Assembly: GCF_018977255.1 (NCBI RefSeq)
Contig: NW_024704742.1
Location: 19,904,001-19,968,000 of the forward strand
From: Callorhinchus milii
Taxonomy: Eukaryota
Length of the DNA stretch: 64,000 nucleotides
Reading direction: 5' to 3'
Positions 52,036 through 62,990 of the stretch are shown piece by piece (within the stretch, counting starts at the first letter, position 1; each line of letters starts with the position of its first letter). A program made the translations under genes and the position numbers. Below the pieces are notes generated by a model. The model was not told the DNA's origin. It did no database searches and was given only the letters and a program-made list of their open reading frames with translations.

Positions 52036-52358
52036 GAGGAGGCATTATATTGAAGGGCATTGCAACAGACTTCACCAGTATGCAGCCTGAACAAAGTAGA
52101 TTAAAGTACTGTATTTACCATTTTTTAAATTTAGCTAAAAGATATGGGAAAATAGAATATAATGGTACATCATTTAAATATTCCATTTTCATGGTAGATG
52201 GTTTTCATGCTTTGAGATATTGAAGCAAGTTGATCAAAATTCAGATTCAAGTCACGAATACCAATTTTAACTTTTCAGAACCAAAAGTTATCATATATAG
52301 TTGCGTTGAATCAAGCTTGTTGATTTAAGAAATATTACCAGTCATTCTTTTGTTTAAA

Positions 52359-52910
52359 TGGCTCAGCTGGGAGCACTCTTGCCTTTGAGTGAGAAGGTTG
52401 TGGGTTCAAGCCCACATCGGACTTTAACTCACACTATGTTGCAGTGCTGTGGAGGTGCTGTAATTGTTGGAGGTGCCTTCTTTCGAATGAGTCGTTAAAT
52501 CAAGGTACACTCTGCTATTCAAGTGGTTGTTTACCTGCCAGCACTACTTAAAGCTCGGCAGAATGAGACTTAAACCAGGTTGCCTCCTTAGATAATTGTT
52601 TTGCCCAAAAAATATACAGTCAAGACATTTTAAAATGCATTCTGTGAAGCACTTCGAGATGTCTCGAAGACGTGATAAGGCACTAACATGCAAGGATTCT
52701 TATTATTATTATGTTAAACATCACATGGCACTACTCAAAAATAGTTTCTCCCGGCCTGGCCAACACTACCCTAGATAAATTTGGTCATTCACTTCATGAC
52801 TTAGTGGAATATTGCTGTTTGCCCATAAAATACAGGCACTACACTTCACAGTAAATCCAATGAAGTGCTTTTAGATGCTCTTCTGACATAAAAAATAGGG
52901 TTTATTATTA
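52359..52910 (+). mobile_element. Deu-domain tRNA-derived SINE interrupted by a younger SINE fragment (about 52530-52711)
   Basis: Head TGGCTCAGCTGG...GGTTCAAGCCC; Deu core GGAGGTGCCTTCTTTCGAATGAGTCGTTAAA, which resumes as CATGGCACTACTC...GGCCTGGCCAACA after the insert. Confidence 0.8.
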
Positions 52911-53307
52911 CAGTAAAACTCTCATAAATCTTATCTTTATAAATCATATAATCGCCTAATCGTACGTTCACCCGAGTCCCATTCAGGTTCCTATCAAAAC
53001 CGTTGAGAGTTATTTGCACTACTCGTAGTAATCATCTCCTAACTTGTAACGCTGCTCCCCCACCCTCCATTACTGCCTTACCCTGGCTGCCTCGAATCAC
53101 GGGAGATGACGTCCTGACCCATCAATGCATGCGCACTTACCAGCCGACTGCATTGAATCGCCGGAACTGTAGTCTTGATCTGTCACCACATGGGCATTTA
53201 CCGGTTATAGTAAATTACGCAGGCTCAGTGTAGATTATTGATTTAATCAGATTTTTTGTACAATTTTTACAGTTCACCTGCAACTCAGACTGATATGAGT
53301 TTTACTG
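52911..53307. mobile_element. Tc1/mariner-pogo-type MITE, 397 bp
   Basis: Perfect 11-bp TIR CAGTAAAACTC...GAGTTTTACTG flanked by TA on both sides; no coding capacity. Confidence 0.85.
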
Positions 53308-55314
53308 TAAAATACAGCATTTATATGTTTAAATTCTTTAGAACAATGAGATGGGGAAGAGGGAGGAAGAATTGCCGAACTGAATGTTAGATTGTCTCAG
53401 TTGGAACTCTTGGTAATCCAAGTGATTGTGGTCCTAGCTGGACAAATACCATTAAATTTACTCATCCTTTTTCATTGGCAAACTTGTTGTTATAAAATTG
53501 ATGCTATTCAGATGCTTTGCTTCTATTTTCGTGAGTCTTGTATCACTTAGGTTTTATAGATTCCCCACACCTGCAGTCAAGAGATTGGGTAGAATTCTAG
53601 GCCTCTGCCAAGACACTGTGAGCAAGTTAGCTACTCTCAGGTTGAGCTACATTGGCCATAGCATTTCAAGTTAGGAAAGAGAAAATCAACCATTTTTCTG
53701 TTCCTTATTGCTATTGAGCAACGGCCATTAGAGATGGGTGGGTGAAGATAATTGAGAAACCAGGATTGGGTTTGGTTGCCATACACCTTGTGGTCAACAA
53801 AAAAAAAAGCCTGGCAAAATTCATTGCCAATGTTCACAATGAATAATGGCTGTTGGGGCCTGCACCTGTGGAACCATACGGAAGTAAAGGGAGTGAAATA
53901 TCTAGAGGGAAGGATTTCTTTAAGTCTTATGTGACCGCAAAGCATTGTGTACCTAATCTCTGGTGAATGCCTATTATTACAGTTTTTTAACGTTTCACAC
54001 TTAACACATCAACGACAACAGCAACAACAAAATTACATTTGTATAGCACCTTTCACATCGGGAGGACGTCCCAAGGTGCTGGACTGTCAGTGTTTTGGAC
54101 TTATCCTGTTTGAACCTGTACACTTGGTTACTGGGGTAAAACAGCAGTGTTATATGCCGCGATCTTGTAAAGTTGTGTGTCCTTTAGCATTAATTCTACT
54201 AACAAAGCCAGGAAGGCAAAAACAAGTTCCAGTAAAATGTTACTTAGAACAATTGTGCACATGAGAGAAAGATTTTACCATGGTTGTATAACAATTTTTT
54301 TTAAAATTGGAGAAAAACAATTCTGTTATGTCCAAGGCCTATTGAGCATGAAAAATGAAGTTGGAGTTTTCCTGTTTTTAATTTCTAGTGGAATAAATTG
54401 TGCATGGAGATTTCCAGCATGCTGGCGATGTAAAATAGTGTTATGGTTTAGAGTGAACCAAACGGCTGCTTATTGATGCGGAAGCAAGAGAGGAATTAAT
54501 TTTTGCTAAGTAGCTCACAAGAATACGAGAGGTTTAGATGAGGAAAGAGCAGTTCCAGATGTTAATTACCCTCTATGTAAAGAATACATCTGTCCTAAAA
54601 TTGCCCTGCATAATAACTGTGAATTTGTGTTCTTTTGTTCTGTTGGCAGTTGTGAAAATATTATTCCAGGTTTACCTTCTCTATCCCATTTAGCATCTTT
54701 ACAATCATCTATATGGTCCTCCTGTGAACCTTTTTTGAAGGCGGGAAGTTGTGATCCAAAGACCTAAGTTATGAATTTTATGGTATTTAATTCACTGTGA
54801 AACAACTTAATGAAGATTGTCCATAGCTCACTACATTTTAAACAGAACAGCTTTCCACCAGTTCCAGAGAACTTTTACAATGCCAGGCGATCACCAACAT
54901 ATTACAGACTTCAAGACTGTTTCTTCTTTATTTTAGTATGGTACAGATGGCTACATTCAGTACTCTGCCTTGTTTTGGTTGTAGTTTCATAGACTGCCTG
55001 GAGTCTGCGCAGGCAATTTTAGCAGTGCAAGTTTCAATCTATTAAAGCCTTATTGAAGTTAATGGATGAACATGATCTTATTAATTATATGCTGTAGAAA
55101 TGGCAAGAAGAGAAATATCATGGAGCACAGTCACTGCCTTTGTCTCGGAAGATACAAATCAGCATAGAGCTGATTACGGTATTTTAATGTGAGGTTCATA
55201 ATCTAAAGCTTTTAAAATGTTCTTGTAGCATTTGCATGAGCCAAGATTTGTTTTCAGAGACGTACCATTGTGTCAATGCTATTGTTGATCTCAATGTATC
55301 TTTTCTATCTTAAG

Positions 55315-55492
55315 GCCACAGAGAGTGAACCTGGGGACATGGACCTAAGTGGCTTGCCAGAGACTGCAGTAGACTCTGAAGATGATGATGACGAAGAGGA
55401 TATTGAGAGAGCATCAGATCCATTGATGAGTAGGGATATTGTCCGAGACTGCCTGGAGAAAGATCCCATCGATAGAACAGACGATGATATTG
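55315..55492 (+). CDS. RAPGEF2: RAPGEF2 coding exon, 178 nt ([59 protein letters not shown]), phase 0-1
   Basis: Inside ORF 55270..55500; ttttctatcttaAG acceptor and G/GTGAGT donor. DIERASDPL and DPIDRTDDD match RAPGEF2 better than RAPGEF6 as recalled. Confidence 0.97.
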
Positions 55493-55990
55493 GTGAGTGA
55501 ACCTGAAATTGGACGGAGGCCACTTGAAATCTTATGTTCAAATGAAGATGAGGAGAACACGTTTTAAATTAATTGAGAACATACGTTCTATAGAGATAGT
55601 ATGAGATGACCCATTTTAGGGAAATATTCGATCTTTTTTCTTCATCTCAGGGACCAGAATTGTTCAACAGTATATTTTAAACTATGGTCAGCTATCTTTA
55701 TTTGCGAAGTAAGAAGTTACTTTTTATATGTGGGCCTGGTACTTATAAAGAATTAATCCTTGTTGAATGGAGTAGAGAGTACATCGCTGTATCTCAGCTA
55801 TTTTCACAATTTAATCTAAATAACATGAGTTGATGGGTGGCATGAGATATGATAAACCATGATGTTGTAATTAAGATGTTGGATTGTCAGGTTAAAATGG
55901 AGATTACTGCTTACAGTGATCTCTTTAGTGTTGATGCCTGATAGTTTCCAAGATTAATTATTGTCTCTTTTTAAGTACTATAGTACTGTA

Positions 55991-56179
55991 AGTCCTGTGG
56001 CTCAGTGGTTAGGGCACTTGTCTCACAAGTGAGAGACCTGGATTCTATTCCCGACAGGGAGAAATGCTGGGCAAGTTTCCTTAATCCACATGCCTCTGTT
56101 TACCTGGCAGTCAATTCACTTTACAGACTATTCTGTGAAGCGCTTTGAGACGTCTCGAAGATGTGAAAAGTGCTATATC
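55991..56179 (+). mobile_element. tRNA-derived SINE, internally deleted
   Basis: Head AGTCCTGTGGCTCAGTGGTTAG...GGATTCTATTCC joined at CTGGCAGT/CAATTCAC directly to the tail; compare 60734-61081. Confidence 0.88.
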
Positions 56180-57420
56180 GTAGAATCGTAGAATTATACA
56201 GCACAGAAGGAGGCCTTTCTGCCCACCGTATCTGCGCTGGCTCTTTCAAAAGAGCTATCCAATTCAATCCCACTCTCCTGCTCTCTCCCCATAGCCCTGC
56301 AAACTTGTCATCCCCAAATAATTATCTACTTCTCTCTTAAAAGCTATTATCAAATTGTCTTCCACCACCCTTTTAGGCAATGCATTCCAGATCCGAACAA
56401 TTTGCTGTGTTTTCTCCTCACCTCCTCTCTGTTTCTTTTAACAACTATTTTAAATCGGTGTCCTCAGGTTACCGACCCACCCACTAGTGGAAATAATTTC
56501 TCTTTCTTCAGCCTATCGAATCCCCTCATAATTTTGAAAACTTCTATTAAGTCTCCTCTTAACCTTCTCTTCTCCAAGGAGAATAATCCTAGCTTCTCTG
56601 GCCTCTCCTGATAACTGAAGTCAGTTATTCCTAGTATCATCTTGGTAAATCTCCTTTGCACCAATGGGGGGTGGGTGGATCAGGTGAACATGGAGCAGGC
56701 CAGAGCCGGCTGAGCGGAGGGAGCGGGCGGGTTGGTAAGTGGTTAGGAGGTCACTGAGGTAGGGTGGGGTGAGGCCATTGAGGGCTTTGTAGGTGAGGAC
56801 CAGGATCTTGAACTGGATCCTCGGAAGGACAGGGAGCCAATGGAGTCGGGCGAAAATAGGGGAGATGGGGTCATGGAGTTTGGTGCGGGAGAGGACACGG
56901 GCTGCAGAGTTCTGGATTATCTGCAGCCTGTGGAGGGAGGAGTTGGGAAGGCTGACAAGCAGAGCATTTGCATAGTCGAGCCTGGAGGTGATGAAGGCAT
57001 GAAAAAGAGTTTCAGCGGCCTGAGGGGTGAGGTAGTGGCGGAGTCTTTATAAAGCCTTGCATCCCATATGCGTTTTTAACAGCTTTATTTACCTGTCCTG
57101 TAACCTTCAAAGATTTACTGATATGAACCCCCAGGTCTCTCTGTTCCTTCACCCCCTTTAAGATTGTACCATCAGCTTATATGGCCGCTCCTCATTCTTC
57201 CTCCCAAAATGCATCACTTTGCATTTCTCCACATTAAACTCCATCTACCACGTGTCTGCCTATTTTACCAATCTGTCTATGTCCATTTGCAGTCTGCTAC
57301 AATGCTCCTCACTGTTTACTACGTTTCCTTGCTAAGTATCATCTGCAAACTGGACATTGTACTTCCTATACCCAAGTCCAGAACATTTATATAGATCAAA
57401 AACAGCAGTGGTCCCAATAC
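56179..57420 (-). mobile_element. CR1 LINE 3' portion interrupted by an L2 fragment (about 56663-57045, - strand)
   Basis: VQRRFTKMILG...EKLGLFSLEKRRLRGDLIEVFKIM in ORF 56464..56664(-); the inner segment encodes L2 SRLDY, LQIIQNSAARVL and LHWLP on the - strand; upstream CR1 resumes at about 57046. Confidence 0.9.
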
Positions 57421-58237
57421 AGAATGATACAGACACCAACATTATACTGTATGTCTGAATATATAATAGTTTAGCAAAGCAATAGTAATAATCCTAATAA
57501 TAATCCTTGCATATCAAATTATTAGGATTATTACTTTTGCTTTGCTGTTATATATTCAGAATATTTACATGTAGTATGATTTTGGTGTCTATGATGCTTG
57601 AAAAATGGAAATACAGAGGAAGTCAAAGATGTAAATAATTCAACAATAAAAATGTTAATTTCTGCTTCTGAGAGGAATGGGAGAAAGGAGGTACTGTCTA
57701 TCGAGGGGGCAGACTAGGATTGAGTGGCAGGAAAGAATATTCTGGAATGTTTCCTTTATGCCCTTATCAGCCTAAGAGGTGTATGGTACTTTCATCTGCG
57801 AGATCTGTTGGGTTTTCTGTGGTCTGCAGAAGGTGTCAGCTTGATAGACTAAAGCCTCTTTTCCTTTTTCCATGCTTTCCTATATTATTAGAAATATATT
57901 AAGATTTGGTAAAATAAATGCATAACCAAAAGAAGTCAATGATGCCTTCACCAGAGAATGGACTTTTTGCAGCGTATAGTTTTTGCAGTTGTTGTATTTT
58001 CCAAGATGGCAGAGGAAAAGCATCCTTTTACCAGGAATTCATTGTGGATTGTAATAAATTAGAACCTAAAATAGTGCATCACTTGGAGTTTTAAAGGACA
58101 AGAGTTTTACATTGACTTACATGCAGAGAGTGTACGTGACATAGGCCCTGGGGACCTGGAAGAAAATAGCTGTGCAAATAGCTGCTGAGAGCTGCTGTTT
58201 CCACAAATCTAATTCAATGTTTTGTTATTCCATGCAG

Positions 58238-58374
58238 AGCAATTATTGGAATTCATGCATCAGCTCCCAGCTTTTGCTAACATGACAATGTCAGTCCGAA
58301 GAGAGCTTTGTGCTGTGATGGTGTTTGCAGTGGTGGAGCGAGCAGGCACCATAGTACTCAATGATGGTGAAGAG
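58238..58374 (+). CDS. RAPGEF2: RAPGEF2 coding exon, 137 nt ((E)[45 protein letters not shown]), start of cNMP-binding domain, phase 1-0
   Basis: Inside ORF 58222..58545; catgcAG acceptor and GAG/GTGAGT donor. The split codon G+AG gives Glu with the previous exon. Confidence 0.97.
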
Positions 58375-59070
58375 GTGAGTATTTACAACCTAATTTGCTG
58401 CATTCTGATCCCTGATACACCAATTGGAAAGTTGCATTGTTGTGCACTAATGCATACAGACAGAGATTTCCTTTGTCTATGTGCATTTCAAAATATAACA
58501 ATCTTCTCTGAAGTGTTTGTCACTTGTAAAATATTTAAATTTTAATTCAATGATCTATGGTTAATGTCCCATTAATCTTGGCTCATCTTCCTCTTTTAGA
58601 CTGAATTAGTTTGAAAGAGGGTGGATTGGGAATCCATGCAGTCAGGAACACTTGACTTGTCAAAGCAATGTTATACAGATGCATACTGTTCCAGCTCCAC
58701 TGAACCTGATAACCCATTTCTGATAAGATTGAGATAACCTTTTAAAAATAAGAATTGTGGAAAACTAAGTGCACCTTCGAATGAGTGGTTTACCCTTTTA
58801 AATATATTTCCTTCCTATCTTTCAAGATAAAGTCACATTGTATCTACAAAACTGATGTTGGGTCTGTTATGTAAATTGTGGAAACGGTATAAAGGGGTTT
58901 ACAGTTATCTTTAATTTAATGCAATTAACAACAATGAAAAAGATTATTGTTAATTCTGAATCATTTCAGTGATCATGATTCCTTTCTAAATTTCAAATTT
59001 TACAGTGTATGTTATGAGATGAATAAACTTAGACTGAATCTGAAATGGTCCTCAGCAGATAGAAGCAGTA

Positions 59071-60062
59071 CAACAACAACAAGATTCCATTTATTGAGCG
59101 CCTTTCACGTCGGGAGGACGTCCCAAGGCGCTGTACAGTTGGGTCAGGACCCGAGTAAGGGGGAAATGGTCAGGGTGAGGGGAGGGAAGGGAGGAACGAG
59201 GAGGGGGTAGAGAGTCGAGAGGGGAGCTGAAGGCACGGTCAAAGAGAAAGGTCTTGAGACTGGCCTTGAAGGAGGAAAGGGAGGAGGCGGCGAAAGCACT
59301 GGGGGATAGAGTTCCAGAGCCTCTGGGCTGAGAGGCTGAAGGCCCGGCCACCGATGGTAGGGCGGTTGGGGCGGGGGATGTGGAGCAGACCGGAGCCAGA
59401 GGAACGGAGGGTACGGGCAGGTAGGTAGGGGGATAGTAGATCGGAGAGGTAGGAGGGAGTGAGGCCGTGAATGGCCTTGTAGGTGAGGATGAGGATCTTT
59501 AATTCGATGCTCTGGGGGATGGGGAGCCAGTGGAGGTGAGCGAGGGTGGGAGTGATGTGGTCCCGAAGCCTGGTGCGGGACAGTACACGAGCTGCAGAGT
59601 TCTGAATGACCTGCAGCTTGTGGAGGGAGGTGCGGGAAGGCCGGCGAGGAGAGAGTTCCCATAGTCCAGCCTTGAGGTGATAAAGGCGTGGACCAGAGTT
59701 TCAGCAGCGTGAGGGGTGAGGTAGTGCCGTAGTCTGGCGATGTTCCGGAGGTGATGGAAGGCGGTGCCAGTTGTGGCGCGGATATGAGGGAGAAAGGACA
59801 GCTCAGGGTCGAACAGAACCCCGAGGTTCCTGACTGGCTTTGAGAGGTAGAGAGTGCAGCCTTGGATGCTGATGCTGTCAGCGCCTGAGGTGCGGAGGCG
59901 CTGACGTGAGTCAATCAGGAAGGCCTCAGTTTTGCGCACGTTGAGCTGAAGAAAGTCGTCTCTCGTCCAGGACTCGATGTCGGACAGGCAGCTGTCAGGA
60001 CATCGGTGGTCGTGGAGTTGAGGGTAGAGGAGGAAAGGTAGAGTTGGGTGTCATCCGCATAC
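59071..60062 (-). mobile_element. Young 5'-truncated L2 copy with 7-bp TSD GCAGTAC
   Basis: YADDTQLY through to the (TTG)n tail on the - strand; GCAGTAC at 59065-59071 and 60073-60079. Confidence 0.95.
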
Positions 60063-60365
60063 ATACATACATGCAGTACTATGGCAGGTTCTGTATTGAC
60101 CCTGTTTAACTGAGAAGTATGGATCAGTGAGTTTGGTTATCTATAGGCATTGTTCATTTTAAGAATTCCACAATACTAGCCAGCCCAGGATTTTTCAGAA
60201 CTCAATATAAGCACACTATTAGATGAGTATTGACAGCCTTCTGTCTAGTGCTTTTCAAGCTTTTCTCCATAATACTTGCTGAGCTCACTAATCTATAATT
60301 TCCAGCTTCAAGTCTACAAATCCTAATTTGTGGGATTCGGAACATCGCGATATTTGCAAATCAGA

Positions 60366-60574
60366 TTTGTTGCCTTAATTGCAACTTCCAGTTTGAGAAA
60401 TTCAAGATAATTTTATAGTCAGCGAACTGAATCACACTTCAACAAAGTCCGCAAAACAGCCAGCAGTTTCCCGCCAATGTTTTCCTCGTTGGCTTTTTGT
60501 TAGACTTTGCCAACTTGGGGATTTGCACTTTGCCTTGAATTTTGCAAATCGGATGTTGCAATTAACACGACAAA
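60366..60574. mobile_element. Palindromic MITE-like element
   Basis: Outer ~41-bp arms (TTAATTGCAACTTCCAGTTTGAGAAATTCAAG versus reverse complement TTAATTGCAACATCCGATTTGCAAAATTCAAG) plus inner ~21-bp arms. Confidence 0.65.
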
Positions 60575-60733
60575 CTAAACTATTTTAATCAGAGATTATT
60601 TAATATCAATGTTTCCAATTATCCTTCATTTTATGGACCTGTCACGGTACAAAACATTAAAATCAAAAGTGGGTGCCTCTGTACCTCTCTTATCCAACTG
60701 AAAGACCTGATAGTGTTAACATTCCAGATATTT

Positions 60734-61081
60734 AGTCCTGTAGCTCAGTGGTTAGAGCACTTACCTCGCAAGCGAGAGACCTGGATTCAATTCCCGGCAG
60801 GGTGAAATGTTGGCCAAGTTTCCTTACTCCACACGCCTCTGTTTACCTAGCAGTAAGTAGGAACCCAGTTGTTAGTGGATTGCCGGATTGCTTTTCCGGG
60901 GATAATATTCCTTTAAAAAGAACAATAATAATTTGGTCACTTGATTCATGACACTGCTGTGCGCAATTGGTTGCCGTGTTTTGCCCCACAAATATACACT
61001 TTACAATATATTCTGTGAAGCGCTTTGAAACATCTCGAAGACGTGAAAAGCACTATATCAAATGCAAGGATTATTATTATT
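60734..61081 (+). mobile_element. Full-length tRNA-derived SINE with L2-type tail
   Basis: A box TAGCTCAGTGG, B box GATTCAATTCC, a body, and tail AGCGCTTTGAAACATCTCGAAGACGTGAAAAGCACTATATCAAATGCAAGG(ATT)n. Confidence 0.92.
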
Positions 61082-61923
61082 TTACGAATATTGATAGTTT
61101 AAAATGCATATCTGAGTACTCTTTGTTGGTGAATAAAGAACAGATTTTTTGCTAATTCTACATTGTGAAGAGTGAAAGGCATAAGGTACTGTGGCTTACC
61201 TCTAAATATAGCTTGAATAGTGGCTGAACCGTAACAAATGGATTGTTAAGAATGAAGGAAACTTGGCAAACGTATTTTGTTTCATCATTCACATTCTTTC
61301 CCAGTAATATACTCTGATTGAAAATCAGTTTTCTTCGTACAGATTGAACTACAAGGTTACCCCGGCCATTTTTTTTTAAATGTTCCTTCGCTTCCTACCC
61401 TAACGATCACTTAACATTGTTAAAAGTAATTTTTTCATCTCTCTCACTTTCATTGTGCTGGCTGTCTAGTCTCAGTATGTGTTTGGAAGGTGGAGGGATG
61501 CAAATTACACTGGACAGTACCACTTCAGCAATTCCATCATCTGATTTGTATCTCTGACAGCACTGGTTACCATGTCAAACATCCATTGTATTTGACCCTG
61601 TAAAAATCCTTAAATCCCATAGTGTAGTTAAGGTGCGCTCGCCATGGTATCAAACATACAATGAGCTAAAAGCCTTTCAAGTGAAGCTGTTGAGCTGGCT
61701 ACTTAGATGAACGAAATCCTCTGAAACCTAAAGAAGGAATGGGAACTGTATATTCTGATATTTGAAATGGTTTACTTTTTGAACTTGATTTGTATAGGAG
61801 ATGAAATGAAGCTTGTTAATTAATCTACATGATTTTTAAAAATATCTAAACATACAAAAATATATTTTTGCTGCTTAGATTCTTAAAATTCTTATTAAAA
61901 TGCCCTAATGTCTTGTGTTCCAG

Positions 61924-62082
61924 TTGGATTCCTGGTCAGTGATTTTAAATGGTTCAGTTGAGGTTACTTACCCTGATGGAAGGCTGGAAATACTATGCAT
62001 GGGAAACAGCTTTGGTGTCTCACCTACCCTTGACAAAGAATACATGAAGGGTGTGATGAAAACCAAAGCTGATGACTGTCAG
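61924..62082 (+). CDS. RAPGEF2: RAPGEF2 coding exon, 159 nt ([53 protein letters not shown]), cNMP-binding domain, phase 0-0
   Basis: Inside ORF 61915..62154; tcttgtgttccAG acceptor and CAG/GTAATG donor. Matches the RAPGEF2 CNB domain. Confidence 0.97.
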
Positions 62083-62330
62083 GTAATGGTTTATATTTGT
62101 TTGAAGTATTGTCTTAAGCCCCTTTTTCTTACAGAATACTTGAAATACCTTTAGTAACTGTGGAGCATTGTACTTTCCCAACTAGGATTGCCCAAGCCAC
62201 TATGACCTAACTTGCAAGGTTGGGGATATGTTATTGCACTTGTGGTTGTATCTTACGGTTCCAGTTTTCAAACTCGGGGAGATAATAATAATCCCTGCAT
62301 TTGATATAGCGCTTTTCACATCTTCTAGAT

Positions 62331-62990
62331 TGCAATATTGCCAGACTCCTCCACTACCTCACCCCTCAGACTGCTGAAACCCTCACCCACGCATTCGTCA
62401 CCTCATGGCTTGATTACGGGAACTCCCTCCTCATCGGCCTTCCCAACTCTTCCCTTTACAAGCTGCAGATCATCCAAAACTCTGCAGCTCGTGTACTCTC
62501 ACGTACCAGGCTCCGTGACCCCATCATTCCCACCCTCACCCGACTCCACTGGCTCCCCATCCCCCAGAGGATCGAGTTCAAGATCCTCATCCTCACCTTT
62601 AAGGCCATCGATGGCCTCGCCCCCTCTATCTCTCTGACCTGCTGACTCCCTACGAGCCCGCTACCTCCGTTCATCCGGCTCCGGTCTGCTCCATGTCTCC
62701 TGCCCGACCCGCCCTACCATCAGTGGCCGGGCTTTCAGCCTCTCTGCCCCCACACTCTGGAACTCCATCCCATGGTCCCTTCCCCTCGCTTCCTCCCTTG
62801 CCTCCTTCAGGGTCAGTCTCAAGACCTTTCCCTTTGACCGTGCCTTTGGTCTCCCTCCCACCTCTCTGCCTTCCCTCACTCCTACACCACACTCCCTCCC
62901 CCATGCTCGGGCACCGACACCTGACTTCAGCGCTTTGGGACATCCTCCCGACGTGAAAGGCATTCTATAAATGTAATTTTGTTGTTGTTG
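62331..62990 (+). mobile_element. 5'-truncated L2 copy, preceded by an inverted SINE tail (62282-62328)
   Basis: NIARLLHYLT...DYGNSLLIGLPNSSLYKLQIIQNSAARVL...LHWLP; tail with (GTT)n. Confidence 0.93.

Noticed and set aside
60734..60805. tRNA-like sequences (also 24805-24880, 55991-56060, 52359-52415)
   Set aside because: They are SINE heads: each continues into a SINE body and L2-type tail, and lacks a proper acceptor stem and terminator.
55315..62082. Assignment to the paralogue RAPGEF6
   Set aside because: The MKPLA first exon, [10 protein letters not shown] and [26 protein letters not shown] match RAPGEF2 as recalled. A reciprocal BLAST would confirm.
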